DNA of 64,000 nt, taken from contig OZ024748.1 of the NCBI GenBank assembly GCA_964016885.1, positions 14,508,001 to 14,572,000 on the forward strand, read 5' to 3'. Under the pieces are notes generated by a model. The model was not told the origin of the DNA, did not search any database, and saw only the letters and a list, made by a program, of their open reading frames with translations. Positions 12,055-26,336 of this stretch are shown here, piece by piece. Within the stretch, counting starts at the first letter, position 1. Every line of letters starts with the position of its first letter. Both the position numbers and the translations under genes were made by a program. Origin of the DNA: Eledone cirrhosa (taxonomy: Eukaryota).

Positions 12055-12773
12055 TTAACCTTTCCGATAGAAAACCACCTGAAAACACCCATGGTTTTAA
12101 GATACAAAAGCATTTGTTTTAAAATGTTAATATTTGAATTTAAACTTTCCATCATAATCTTATGTCAGAACCATGCACTAGATCAATAATAAACAATTTT
12201 AGTTATGTTATTAAATCCCACCAAATTCGTGATTAACTTCAAATTAAAGACAATGTCCTTCATTAGAAATATACTAACAAATGGGTTAAAGTGTATATAT
12301 TTATTTAAAATCTTTGCATCATAATTTTATGTAAGAAAACATTTTCTAAATAACAGTGAGTTATGTTATTAAATATCTCAAAATTCTTCATTATTTTCAA
12401 ATTATAGACAATGTCCTTCCGTAGAAATATAGTAACAAATGGGTTAAAGCTTATATTTTTATTTAAAATGTTTCTATTATAATTTTACATATGAAAACCT
12501 CTTCTAAATAACAGAGTTATATTACTATATCTCTTAAAATTCTCGATTATTTTCAAATTATTGGCAGTGTCCTTCATTAGAAATATGACAACATATGGGG
12601 TAAAGTGTATATATTTATTTAAAATCTTTCCATAATAATTTTATGTAAGAATATATCTTCCAAATAACAGTGAGTTATGTTACTAAATCTCTCAAAATTC
12701 TTGATTATTTTCAAAATATTTCGAAGCTTATAAGGAGTGTTTTTCATTAGAATCATGATAATGAAAGGGTTAA
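12055..12773 (+). mobile_element. TTAA-bounded MITE-like element with about 155-bp internal tandem amplification (4 units)
   Basis: Starts ttaacctttc. Units end gggttaaag (about 12290, 12449, 12605), final end gaaagggttaa. Related fragments at about 820-900, 9380-9600, 28270-28377, 29725-29945, 32142-32545, 35030-35200, 44460-44690 and 50355-50720. Confidence 0.55.
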
Positions 12774-14839
12774 TTACACAAAATAAATTTCCCTTTAGAT
12801 ATAATTATAAAAAGCATATATCATTATGTCATCTTTACGTAATGCTTTATACTTCAATATTTCTGTATTAAAACAATCAAGAGCAATTTGTCTAAAATAG
12901 AGAATTAGATTCTGTTGCCATTTTCTCATCAAACTTATTAACTCCATAGCAATTGCTCCTTACTCAGCAATTGAATATCATTTCAAACAACAAAAAAACA
13001 CAACCACAAACTTAAGATGAAAACATTTTAAATGTATATTATTATTGTTTGATAATTTCTTAATTATATCTAAAATGATTAAGAAAGCTTTTAAAGTGGG
13101 AATGATTTTCAAGTGGATTTCTTGTTGTTGTTGATATTGTTTGTGCTGTTGTTGTTTTTTTAACTTTCTAGTCCATTATCTATGTGGTAAGACATTTGGT
13201 TAATTACAACCAACAAAACCATTTAAAAATGTTTCTGGTTTCACTTTTATTTTTTAAGTAATTAAAGATTTTCTATTCTTACATTAGAATAGTTCATTAA
13301 TTTAACAAGTGAGAAAACATCTTAATTTCATGATAAAATTAATTTGATCACCATCACACACTTTCTTCCAGTTAGATAATGACTAGTTCAAGAATGGAAT
13401 TTAATTTGATGGCCAGCCTCGAAACTACAAAACTTACTATCAATTTTATATTTTTGCTCAGTCACTTTAACCTTATATACCAATCCCCTTCTCTCTATTT
13501 TAACAACCAAAGCCATTCATGTCCTATTAAAGTACCTTATAGGACAGACCAGACCAGATGTAGCAAGCTGGAAGTGGGTCAGTTAGCATGGGCATATGAT
13601 CTTTGAGGGAGAGGACCTACTTGTACTTGCATCAAGATTTAGTTCTTTTATTCAGGTTTGTTACTTATAAGTATATACAAGTACACTACATATATATATC
13701 ACCATTGTTATCAAACCATGTGTATTATCACTGGTTATTAAATTCTTAATGAGTAGTTTAAGTTGGGGCTTACATTTTACATATAGATATGGCATATTAT
13801 CAACTTTGGTTTCAGGCACTGGAAAGATGTGAAATAAAGTGTCATGCTGAAGGACACAATGTGCCACTTTGTATTGAACTTACAATCTTATGACCAGAAA
13901 CTGAACATCCTAACCACTAATCCACGTACCTCTACTGTATATATGTATATATATATATGCGTGTGTGTGTGTGTGTGTGTTCATGCCAATATTTAGACTT
14001 CCATAACTTAGCAGTAAGAGAAAAAATTGATCAATGATATAAGTAGCAGATATGAAAAAAAATACTAGTATCAATAGGATCCCCCCCCCCCCCAAATCTA
14101 TTTAAGGTGGTGCCCCAGCATGGCCAGGTCAACACTCTAATGACAGAGACGAGTAAAAGAATAAACTAAACATAAACAATTATTTAAAAGAAAATTACTG
14201 ACAGAAAGAAACAAAAACAAAAAAATATCAAAACAAAGCATTTTTCTTTTAGATAAAAATCTATGCTTTCTATCCTGTATCTCACTTCTATTGACTTCAC
14301 GCACCCCACTCGTATCTTTCCTGGGTAGTGTTTAAAGAAGGGGGGGGGGGGGGGGGCAAGCAACAACAGCAATATTTTTTTTTTTGGCAGTTGCAAGTAA
14401 AATTTAAGAAACACACACACAGGTGCAAATCAACCAGGTGTACATAGATATTATATAATAAACTACATACTAGAAGTGCGGGGACGTGTGTGTAGGAAGA
14501 TAGAAGGGGTCTGAAGATTGTTTGTTTGTCAATAGAGTGATGGGAGGGAGAGAGTTAAGAATGGGTGGGGTGAAATGAGAAGATATACTTTAGATGGTTT
14601 AAGTAAGAAATTGCCGGAAGAAATTGAAAAGTTCGGAAAACTTGAAAAGAATTCTTAAGGATTAACATCAGTTAGTTTTGTGGAACAACTGATGTATATA
14701 TAAAGATGGTGTATATATGTATGTATATAAGATGTGTATATGTGTGATATGTATGTAAATATATATATAACGATGGTTTGTATGTGTGTGTGAATAGTGT
14801 TGGGTGATATAAAGTATATAAGGATAGTGTTTTAGTGTG

Positions 14840-15105
14840 ATCATCATCATCATCATCAACGTTTAACGTCCGTGTTCCACGCTTGCATGGGTTTGGACGG
14901 GGGTAGTCCCACTTGAGGCAAGAGTGATTGTCTTGCTCGCATAGGACTGTCTGGCAGGTTTTCTAAAGTTGGATGCCCTTCCTAACACCAACCACATTTA
15001 CAGTGTGGGTCTGGGAGGTTTTTACCGTGTTGCCTACACGGCCACATTACAGCGTGGACTGTGTGTTTTTTTGTCGTGACACCTACACGATCTCATTTGT
15101 TTCGG
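14840..15105 (-). mobile_element. SINE 3' portion with RTE tail
   Basis: Near-identical to 45945-46215. Related pieces at 27060-27270 and 27290-27475. Confidence 0.75.
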
Positions 15106-15261
15106 CCTGGATGGCGTGGCACCAACATAACTTTACATAGAACGGGGTGGTGTGGATGGGGTGGGGGTGGTGGCGGGACGGGGGTATATATATATATATA
15201 CATAAGGATGGTGTGTATATATATATAGTATAAACAAAGTTTCATACACTTAACATGTACG

Positions 15262-15397
15262 TGCAACCATGGCCACCAGAGTATATTGGAGGAGGCATTG
15301 ATATAATTGTCCATGCCCCCAAAGAGGACCCAATTTAAAAGTGCCTCCTCCAATATACAGTGGTGGCCATAACTGGACCCTGAAACCAATGGTTGCA
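15262..15397. mobile_element. Small inverted-repeat element (MITE-like)
   Basis: atggccaccagagtatattggaggaggca / tgcctcctccaatatacagtggtggccat, with outer tgcaaccat/atggttgca. Confidence 0.55.
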
Positions 15398-15983
15398 TAT
15401 ACAAGTTCAGTGTATGAAACTTTGTTTATACTAAATAAGCCCTCTAGCAACAGATTGGGCACTGTTTTCCTTGATCTTTCATCTATAGATTTCCACACAC
15501 ACACATATATATATATTAAGGTGGAGTGTATCTATGTGATATATATATATGTATACATTTACATAAGTAAATGACTGTTTACAATTGTAGGCTCCTTAAC
15601 CACACTGCCATGTCTGTACCTACCTATATATGATTAGATATTTTTAATTAACTAAGTAGTTACTTAATTAATGTATATAATTGTTTCTACTTTAGGCACA
15701 AGGCCAGCAATTACCCAGTACATTATTGGTACTTTATTTTATCGACCCCGTAAGGATGAAAGGCAAAGTTAACCTTGGCAGGATTTGAACTCAGACCGTA
15801 AAATTAATGTATATAATGTGAAGCAATCCTCTCTGGAAAGAATCAGATATGTTCCAACATGGAGAAGGATAAGCTCCACTAAAAATACCCAAACATGCCA
15901 TGTATCAGGACAGTACCCCTTAGACTCGAACAGGAGTTATGGAGCCATCCCCACCTTATATTTAATAGAAAATAAGTACTCAC

Positions 15984-16090
15984 CAGTTTTCTCTACACAT
16001 ATAACTGTGCGCTGTTGCAGGCCCGGACCACAGTTTGTTGTGACAGATGAAGGTTTACATAAACCATATCCGGATACTATCCAATGATAA
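15984..16090 (-). CDS. Internal coding exon encoding part of a thrombospondin type-1 repeat (THSD7/ADAMTS-like extracellular protein)
   Basis: Minus-strand acceptor tattttcttttaatttcAG (AG at 16092-16091) and donor GTGAGTA (16 kb region, 15983-15977). 107 nt, phase 2 to phase 1. Reads YHWIVSGYGLCKPSSVTTNCGPGLQQRTVICVEKT(G), matching the TSP1 pattern W-x4-(W/Y)-x2-C...CGxGxQxRxVxC. Confidence 0.85.
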
Positions 16091-16129
16091 CTGAAATTAA
16101 AAGAAAATAATATCAATAATAATGAAGAT

Positions 16130-16530
16130 TTCTTATCTAGGCACAAGGCCAGCAATATTTAGTGGAATGGAAAGTCAATTAAGTTGACCCCAGTGCATTA
16201 ATGGTACTTTAATTTCTCGACCCTATAAAGATGAAAGGCAAAGCTAACATCAGTGGGATTTGAACTCAGAACAGGCTATAATTAAATGCTGCCATTCCTC
16301 CACCTTATAATTACAAATAATAATAATAATTGTTTCAACTTTTGGCACAAGGACAGCAATTATCCCAGTGCATTACTGGTAATTTATTTTATTGACCCCG
16401 TAAGGACGAAAGGCAAAGTTATCCTTGGTGGGATTTGAACTCTATGTTGCAAATCATGACGTCTGACCCTCTACCGATACTGCCGAACCACCAATGGTTT
16501 CTGATTTAGGCACAAGGCCAACGATTTTAG
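16130..16530 (-). mobile_element. Cluster of 7970-family SINEs upstream of the TSP1 exon (another copy at 15680-15800)
   Basis: Reverse-complement blocks aggcacaaggccagcaat..gaccccgtaaggatgaaaggcaaag..ggatttgaactc. Confidence 0.75.
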
Positions 16531-17409
16531 GGGAGGAGAAAGATATATACATAGGTGTGAGTACCTGTACTCAGACTATGTTGTAAACTGGTAATACAGG
16601 TGTCAATAAAATGCACCCAGTCCACCCTGTAAAGTGTTAGTGCTAGTGTCACGATAAAATGCATCTGGGCCATGCTTTATGTAGAAAGTTTGATGTTAGG
16701 AAGAGTTCATTCAACCATAGAAGCCATACCAATATTAAACTTAATAGCAAGACATAATCATCTGACCACTGAAATCTCAGAATGTGACAACCTGTCCAAC
16801 ACATGCCACCATAGACAGCAGACATAAAAAGATGATGATGATGATACCTATAACATACAATTCGTTTATAACCTTTGCCCACCATATAAACAGAAAATTT
16901 GGAAAATTAGTCAATACTTTTAAAGTGAAGAAATGACATATGGATTTCTAGAACATTCTCCACAAATTATATTACTCTCATCTTGACTGTGAAACTTTAT
17001 CTGAAGATAAAGTTCAATATGCTAAAATGTTATTGATGATTAAGACTCGAGGTGTTACTTCTACTGACAATAATAATCATTTCAACAATTTTGACAATAG
17101 TCGAACAAAGCAAACATTAGTTATCTAAAGACAACAGTTTTTCTATGATTGCCTTACAACTACTAATATTACTAATAATAATAATAGTAATAACACAACT
17201 AATATTTGAACTGAATATTGTAAAGTTAAATAAAATTATGGTAATAATAATAATGATGATAATTTCTTTAGAATAATATAATTTACTATATCTCCTAGTC
17301 AGAATATTATTATCGCAGTTCCATGTTCTTAATAGAAATATATGAATATGTATATATATATACATATATATGTATGCATGTGTATGCATGTGTATGTACA
17401 TACATACAC

Positions 17410-17447
<38 letters not shown>

Positions 17448-19265
17448 TAACAAATAATTTTCCATAGTGTTTTATAATATAATTCATTTATATTGCTTCT
17501 TTCTTGCAAGGTGTCATTGTGTAAAAGATTATATTCTTAGTTAGTCCTTTTGTAAATGAAAGTTAAATTGATTTGGACTTGGAATGTAAAGAAATGGAAC
17601 TCTATGCCACAAAGTTTGTTATTTCACTCTCTACCGATACTGCCAATCTCTCACCCTAAATGACACAACTTTCAACCTTTTTTGCTACCAGCCAAACCAA
17701 AACCAGTTCTGGTACAATACAACAAAACCACACCTTTTAAAGTGTCCGTATTTAAATTAAAATCTTCCAACAAAATTATATTTATATAAATGCCATATGA
17801 TAAGTTACTATCTTAGAAATGAAATAATTTATCATTTTTGTAAATCACTCAAAATTCCCATCAACCATTTGGATAAATGTCTAAAGTCTGTCTCAAAATC
17901 CAGAGGCTCATCAGGCCAGTGTTTATCCCTGTTTCCATGGCATGAGGTGACTGAGAGCAAAATTCTTCCTCCTGGACAAGACATCAGTTCATTGCTGGGT
18001 TAAACCCCAGATACTGCTGGTGTCCATTTTATTTTCAGCTGAGTATACTGGAGTAATGTGAAACAACATACAGAACCTGGTCCACGATATTATAAGTAGG
18101 TTGTCAGAGTTCAAACTAAACAGGTCAGGACCATATCTTAGTCATACATTCCAATTTGAGCATGGTTTCTATGGCTGAATGTCCTTCATAATACCAGCCA
18201 ATTTGCAGTGTGTCCTTTGTTCGTTTTATCATGTGTGAGGAAGGGTAGCTGCTCATAAAACACTGCTCAAAATGTTTCATCCGGCCCAGAAAGAAAGAAG
18301 GCATTAAAATAATGGTTTCTGATTTAGACACAAGGCCAACAATTTTTTTTTGGGGGGGATGAAGTCAATTAAACTGACCACAGTGCTTACTGGTACATTT
18401 CCATCTCCTTCAAATTGCTGACCTTATGCCTAAATTAGAAACAATTATGATAACAATGATTAAACAATATTTATTTTGCATGTTGTTAGGAAATGATTTT
18501 GTTCAGCTGAGGAAAGTTTTACTATAACATGGAACTTCCTTTTAAAATACATTTCTTATTCGGAAGAAAAAATATATATATTCAAGTTTATTCAAGGCAT
18601 GTTCTTTTCTTTAATTAAAAAATGTATTTTTTTAATGTTTTTTATTGTTTTTAATTTCCATGGCTACAACTAAAATATTGACATATTCACATTGAAATGG
18701 AATGAAATCAATTAAAGTAAATTTAGAAAGTCACCAAGCAACCAATATGTAAAAATAGTCCACAGACAAAATTCCTTTGCTTCATTTAAAGTAAATAAAC
18801 TGGTTGTGTTTCTATAATGAGTCTTGGGTGTATTTTTAAAATACAACCAATGTATCATGTCAAATGATGCCATCTAAATGAAATATGTGTTTCCCAATAA
18901 AATATATATATGCAATTATGGTAAAACTCTAAGAAACCTAACAAATACCATGTTTTCTTCAGACTTTTATTCAAACAAGGTCAAGAATTTATCTAATATA
19001 CAAAAATTTCCTTTTCAAGGCACATTATTTTTTTTGTATCATATTTGGAAACGAGAAATAGGACTTGATCATTTTATTTCATTTGAAAATTCTGCAGAAA
19101 GTCACATCAACATGATATGTTTTGAAAAATGTTTGGCCAACTAAATCTAAATTAGATTCCGTTGGGAAAAAGGTCCAGAAATAAATATGAGAAAGATAGA
19201 GAGTAGGTTTAAAATGTAATGAGTTTCTGATATGTGTAATGGATATTATAACAGATAATATATCT

Positions 19266-19770
19266 ATCATCATTATCATCATCATCTTTACATCAGTTTT
19301 TCCATGAGTTGGACAGGCCATTTTCAGCACAGCATCTCTCCACATGTCACGTTCCTTCATCATCTCTTCTGTGAGATTCAGTGGTTTCAGATCAACTCTC
19401 ACCACTTCCATCCGGGTCTTTCTTGGTATTTCTCTACTGCAGGTTCCTTCTACCAGGATTTGCTGGAACTTCTTCATCCCGTGATCATCATCCATGTGCA
19501 TCACATGTCTGTACCAATGCAGTCTTCTCTGTTGCACACCAGCTTGAATTCCTCATAAATCCCAGTCTTCCTTTGTGTACCTCTACTGCAGCTTCCCTGA
19601 ACTGGGATTTCTTGGCATTTATTCAACCAGTGATCATCATCCAAGCACATCACATGCCTGTATCAACACAGTCTTTTCTCCTGCACACCACTTTAGATTC
19701 CTCTTAAACCCAGTTTCCCCCTCAGTTCCTCCAAGCTCTGTCTTTCTCTCACATTTACATTGTGTAGCAT
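19266..19770 (-). mobile_element. RTE LINE 3' fragment with internal duplication
   Basis: QRRLHWYRHVMHM..VVRVDL..MKERDMWRDAVLK. The segment near 19430-19560 is repeated near 19580-19710. Confidence 0.75.
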
Positions 19771-20068
19771 ATATGTAACATATAATAGGTGTAACATATA
19801 TATAACAGCTATTATATATAACATATGTATGTAACATAATATATGGTTATGGAATATATATGTATTGTGCATAACAAATAATATTTGTAACATATAATAT
19901 ATGGAATATCTATGTAACATGTATTATATGTAACAAATAATGTATTTAACATATAATATACATAACATATTTGTAACATATAGGTATAATATATGTGTAA
20001 CATGCAATATATGCAACAAATATATGTAATTTATGTGTAATATAATATATGGAATATCTAACAGGTAA

Positions 20069-20270
20069 TATATGACAAGAAATCTCAGTAGAAGGGAGCT
20101 GCAGTAGAGGGAGGCCAAGGAAGGCCAAAACAGAGGTTGTCAGAGCTGATCTTAAATCACTGAATCGCAAGGACCCTGACAAGTGGAAGATGCTGTGCTG
20201 AAAAAGGCCTATCCAACCCATGCTAGTATGGTAAAATAGATGTACAATGATGATGATGTTGCTGATGATG
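20069..20270 (+). mobile_element. RTE LINE 3' fragment
   Basis: caagaaatctcagtagaaggg..agagctgatctt..atccaacccatgctag plus (GAT)n, homologous to 6570-6780. Confidence 0.65.
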
Positions 20271-22809
20271 ATATATCTAACAAGTACATGGTAGTGAGAG
20301 ATGAGGTTCTTGGCCATACTGAATTGTTTCTTAACACTGTGTCTGACAAAAACTCGAACAGAAGCAATCGATGAAAGCACTTGCCCAAGGTGTCACACAT
20401 TAATATCAAACCTGAAACTATGAGGCTGTAAATGAGGTAAACTTCCTGATCCCACAAATATGCCTACACACACACACGCACTACACTCTCAAACAAACAC
20501 ACCCATGCATACATATGCCTATCCTGGAAATGTGCTTACATTTCTGGCTCAGTGTTAATTCATTTGACAGGCACAAGATATATAATATTTTAAGTAGCGT
20601 GCTTTTATTTAAAATCTTATGAGAGAGTGAGAAGCATAAACAAAAAAAGATATCAGTAATTTTGTTATTAGTAGAACTATATTGATAGCTAAGTTGAAAG
20701 AGATCGTTTCCAAGAGATATTGCTCTGCTATGGTATAAAAACACTATTGAAATTTGTGGCAGCGGCAAGATAAAACTGCCAAACTAGTTTGAATTATGAG
20801 ATGCAATATAGTCATAAATATATATATATATATATTTTAAAACTTAGTATTTTGTTATCTTGCTTAGAAAAACAAACAAACAAACAAAACATGAAAAAAA
20901 AAGACGAAAAATAACTATGAGAAACAAAGTGCAGACTTTAGTGGTAGCAGCTATAACTAGTATTTCAAAAGAAAGCAAAGTGATTAAATGACATGATATA
21001 GGTGTAAATGTATAACATGAGTTATGTAACTTGATTTAATATTAATAAACAAATAAATCATTAGGTGACATACTGAACATTTGAAAGTAAACTTATTGAG
21101 AATCTGAAATGAAAAATAAACAAAATATTAAGCATTTTATCTAAAAAAGAGCAGAAATATAACATATATTGAAGATTAATCATACTACTACCAACAGTTT
21201 CATTATTATTGGGTATCATTAGTGCTTCATAATATGTATGTTTAATAAGTACACTGGGATGAAGAGCTGATGTGTATCAATGATGAGTGTTGGCTGAAGA
21301 AATGTCAAGACATTACATAGACAGGAGCGGGAAGAGAGAGGAGAAATGTAGAGTGAAGTGGTGAGGGCTGATCTCAATAAACCCATGCAACCCATGCAAG
21401 TGTGAAACAACAAATGTAAAATAATGCTGCTGTTACTGATTAATTTCAGTCAGTTTGATCATTTGAACTCTCACCTCAAACACACTAGTAATATCTATGA
21501 CTTCTGCGAGGTAGATAGGAAGGTATTCACCAACTAGAGACTTGGTTTAAATACCTGCAGCAGAGTGGAATCTTCTAAAGGCACCCAAGGACCTGAGGTA
21601 GTGTTGTTGATATTTAACTGGGTGATGAATTAAATATATCAACCAAGAACGAAGCAACAGCAGTAAAGAACCAAAACAAATGTTGTCATACTTCTCATCT
21701 GATGCTGTAACATTTCTGCCAATGCACCACTCTGGGCTAGTACTTCATTCAATTTAGCATTATTACCTTCTCACCAGAGGATAAAAGGCAAACTTGGCCT
21801 CAGCAAGATTTAAAAAAGAGTGTAGAAAGTTAATTTTATTATTAAGATACACTAATGCAATCTAATCCAGGGCCTTCCACACCTGTTGGAGGAAACCCTC
21901 CCAGGTTGACTTCCACTGGTTTCTGTTTGGTGTTGATCATGTCAGGGGTGCAGCCTTACTCATAGCGCTGGCCAATTGCATAGTTGGAGTGGATGGTCAT
22001 CGACTCTGAGGAGTTCATCCTACCTTTTAATGGCTCCTTTTCTTGTACACTTACTCTCCTTACCAGTCCAGGGGCTGGTGGGGGAGCCAGTTTAGTAACT
22101 GACGACTCAACCATGAAGTACTGGGGTTACATGGTACCAGTGGCAGACCTGACGATACCATACTAACTTAACATATAGTTCTTATATAAAATCGTGTTGG
22201 AAGATTTTGATTTTGACTTGGTGGTTTTGTTTCATAGGGACAGAACTGGTTTCAACTTGGTTGGTCTCAAAAGTAATAAAATAGTGATCATTAAATAATA
22301 AATGAGGTGTAATTATGGAGGTGAGAACAAGAGGATAATACTTATTGACTAATAATAATATTTTAATTCTTCTGGTGATAAATATTTTGTTATAGTATAC
22401 ATTTTTGTTTTTTCTTAATATGAGGCCTTCTTAATTTCTATTCCTCAGATATGACATATATGTAGATGTTCCATACATACACACTATCATCAAAATCGAT
22501 GTAAAGTAAGTTGTTTAATTTTATTTGCCTAAAGACTTTACATAATTTGAATCAATTTGCAATAAATTTAGCCATTATTACAATTTATTTACAGGTGGAT
22601 AATGTAGAAATAATTTTAATATTTTATTGAAAGCAGATAATGGATTAAATTTTTACCTCTAGAAAATCTATTATGAATAATTTAAATCATATCTGAGAAT
22701 GATACAAAGAACATTAGCTCAACTCCATCAACACTTTCTGGTGGCTAATGTGACATATATTTTTAGTACAGCATTAACAATGTTATTATATTCCTCGATA
22801 ATACTAGAG

Positions 22810-23405
22810 AGGTGGATTAGCAAAATTATTAATGCATCAGAAAAACTGCTTTTGCAGTATTTGTTGCAGCTCTTTTATGTTCTGATTTCAAATCCTACAA
22901 AGATCAACTTTTCCCATTCATTCATCCAGCTGTTGAAAGAATAAAATACCAGGCAAATACTGGGACCAGTATAATCAGCTTTCTCTCTGCCATTAATTTG
23001 CTGGCTTTGTCCTTTAGAATTCATTGCATTTGCAGTATTTGTAGGGCATCAAACAACATACTTTGTGGCATAAAATTTCAGGCCTCTCTCTTCTGAGATC
23101 AAATCTAATGTTATCTTTGCCTTTTATCCTTATGGGGGTTGATAAACTAAAGCAGCAATAATGCACTGCCGTCAATTTAATCGACTTTCCTCTCCCCAAA
23201 AAATTGTTGGCCTTATGCCTAAATCAGAAACCATTATTTTATAAAGGGCGGTGGATTGGCAGTATCGGTAGAGGGTCGGACGCCATGCTTTGCAGCACAA
23301 TTACGAGGTTAACTTTACCTTTCATCCTTACGAGGTCGATAAAATAAAGTACCAGTAATACACTGGGATAATTGCTGGCCTTGTACCAAAAGTAGAAACA
23401 ATTAT
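22810..23405 (+). mobile_element. Three tandem 7970-family SINEs
   Basis: Central block at about 22910, 23120 and 23320. Confidence 0.7.
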
Positions 23406-24234
23406 TTTTATAGTTAATGTTGCTAGAGATACACAGATGATATGTGTGTGTGAGAAAGATATGATGATGTGTGTGTGAGTATATGATGGTGATGTGTGTG
23501 TGAGTGAGATAGATATATGAATGTGGTACTGAAAGTAATACTATTACACAAGATGTAACTTAATGTTAAATTAATTCAATAACGCTCATAATTTTCTCAA
23601 AAACTTGTACAATACCCTACCATTGTTTCTAACCAATTTATAACCATTATTACAAAGATAAATGTAAACAAATGTTGTATAAATTCTGAATTGATTAACT
23701 TTATTATTATTATTATTATTTTTGTTTCTTCCTTCCAAAATTGTTATATGTTGTAGTTGAAATGTTCACATGATACTTGTAACAAAATGTGCAACATTAA
23801 TATTTTAAAACATTGTAATGTCTTTCAGAAAAATTAAATATAAAATATAGTGTGTTTTACAAATGGATGATACATTGTTAACAATATAAATAAAAAAATT
23901 CAACCATTAAAACTATTATTAATACTACCACGAAGATAAAGTGGTTAATTTTTAAAAGTATTTGAAGATTAAATTAAATTTCACAACAAACATTCTATTA
24001 GGTTTGAGATAAATGAAATAATTTTTCTTTTCCCCTTTTATCCAACAGAAAATATAAAAATATCATTGTTTTATTTTACAATTTCAGAATTTGTTTTGGA
24101 ATTGAAAACTCTAAAATACATACAACAAAAGCAATCTCTCTCTCTCTATTCTGTATGTGTGTGTAGGTGTGTATGTATGTGTGTGTATATGTATGTATAT
24201 ATATATAATGGTTTAGATGGAGGTTCAGTGTTTA

Positions 24235-24570
24235 TATATGTGAAAGTCAAAGCATGGATGAGCTGAGAGAGAGGCTGGATCCAAGAGGAATTAGATGCGG
24301 TGTGCAGGAGAGAAGACTGCATTGGTATGGCCATGTGATGCATATGATTGATTAGCATTTGTTAAGAAATATGCCAAGAAATCGCAGTGGAAAAGAGCTA
24401 TAGAAGATGGAGACCAAGGAAGACTTGGGACAATGTTGTCAGTGCTGATTTCTCAATCACAAAGGAGATGACCAGGGGCCAAGATAACTGGAGAGATGTT
24501 GTATGGGAAAGACCCCATCTAACCCATGAAAGCATGGAAAAGCAAATACATGATGATGATGATGATGATA
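24235..24570 (+). mobile_element. RTE LINE 3' fragment
   Basis: gtgcaggagagaagactgcattggtatggccatgtgatg, RPRKTWDNVVSAD, (GAT)n tail. Confidence 0.75.
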
Positions 24571-24652
24571 TAGGGGGATTCTCAATGGGTATCAGGAGGT
24601 GACCACATCTAAAAAGGTTACTCAACCGAGTATAGGTCTCATTTGTGTGTGT

Positions 24653-24715
<63 letters not shown>

Positions 24716-25330
24716 CGTGTGTTATTGGAGCTCTGTTGGTGTTTGTGATGAGAGTTCCAATGCTTTGATAAGTAGAACAGCCTACTTTCAAAATGATCAT
24801 GAAAGTATATTCACCCTTAATATTGTTCTAATGAACAATCATTTTAACACTACATGACAAGGCTGGCCCTTTGAACTATATGAAGAACTTCCTGTTTTCC
24901 AGCTGAGTGAACTACAGCAATGTGAAACAAAGTATCTTGCTCAAGGTCATAATGCACAGCCCAGCTTGGGAATCAAACTCACAACATAACGACCATGAGC
25001 TGAACACCCTAACCACCAAGGTACACACCTTCGCTTCACTTGTGGTGATATATAGAATCTTACTAAATAAGCAATTCTATAAAGTGTCATTCCACATTAA
25101 GCTAACAAGATTAGTGGAGTAGGAAGAGGCAGAAGAGGAGAAAAGGAAACTAAATGAACAGAGTAAGCAATTTATGGAATACTCGAGTACAAAAACACCA
25201 TCAACAACTTAAAATCAAATTTGAGAAAACATTATTATTTACAAATGAAATTTTCTTAGTGTCTGTGTGTCTATGGAATATAATGCACAAATGCAAATAA
25301 ATGCAACACTACAAGGATATTAGGAATTTC

Positions 25331-25373
<43 letters not shown>

Positions 25374-26023
25374 ATTATTATTAATTTTTGCAATTCAATC
25401 TAGAATGACTATCTGTATTTTCTAATAGAATATTAAATTTTTCGTTTGAAGCAAATCCTTTTTCCTATTTCCCCAGTTATCTCTCTCTTGTGTTTGCAGC
25501 TAAAATAACCGATAATTCCACTACTATGGTAATTATTTTGTTATTGCAGGTGCACCAAATAGCGACGTAATGTGCAGACAGTTATCTCAGCTTTATATTA
25601 TTTTAGTAATAAATTCCGGATATCTTAACAATATAAACGAAACAAAACATTTAGTTTGCAGCTACATTGTTTTTTTGTTTCAGTTTTGTAGCTGAAATAT
25701 TGTATGCAATACAGCATTAGAACTTTTTTTACTGAGTCAAGTAATTTGGGGTTTCAGTTTCAATCTATACCGGAGTTGTTTAATTTTGGTTAAAATGGTT
25801 AAAGTTAACGCCTGTACCAACCTTTCCCTACCCTTCTGTATTTTCTATTTTGAGCAAATATCTTCTGGTTCATTTTCATTGGTACAGGTTGAACAAATTG
25901 GTCCACAGGACTAATGAAATATATATTCCTGGTATGGTGCCATTGTAGTAACTAGCCTATATATATACATATATATATATAGATATATAATATTATATAA
26001 TATATATACATATATATATCTAT

Positions 26024-26264
26024 ATTCTACTTTAGGAGGGTCATGCTGACAATAAAAACACAAGCACATGTTGGTTTTCACTTCAATTTATTATAAATTT
26101 CCGGTTGGTTGGTTAGTTCCATAACTGGATGGTTGTTTATAATAAATTGAAGTGAAAATCATCAGGTGCTTGTGTTTTTATTGGCAGCATGACCCTCCCA
26201 AAATATAACAATATCTATTTCAACAGACGTTTTCAGATAAGAAATCTTGCAAATTAAATTCAAA

Positions 26265-26336
<72 letters not shown>

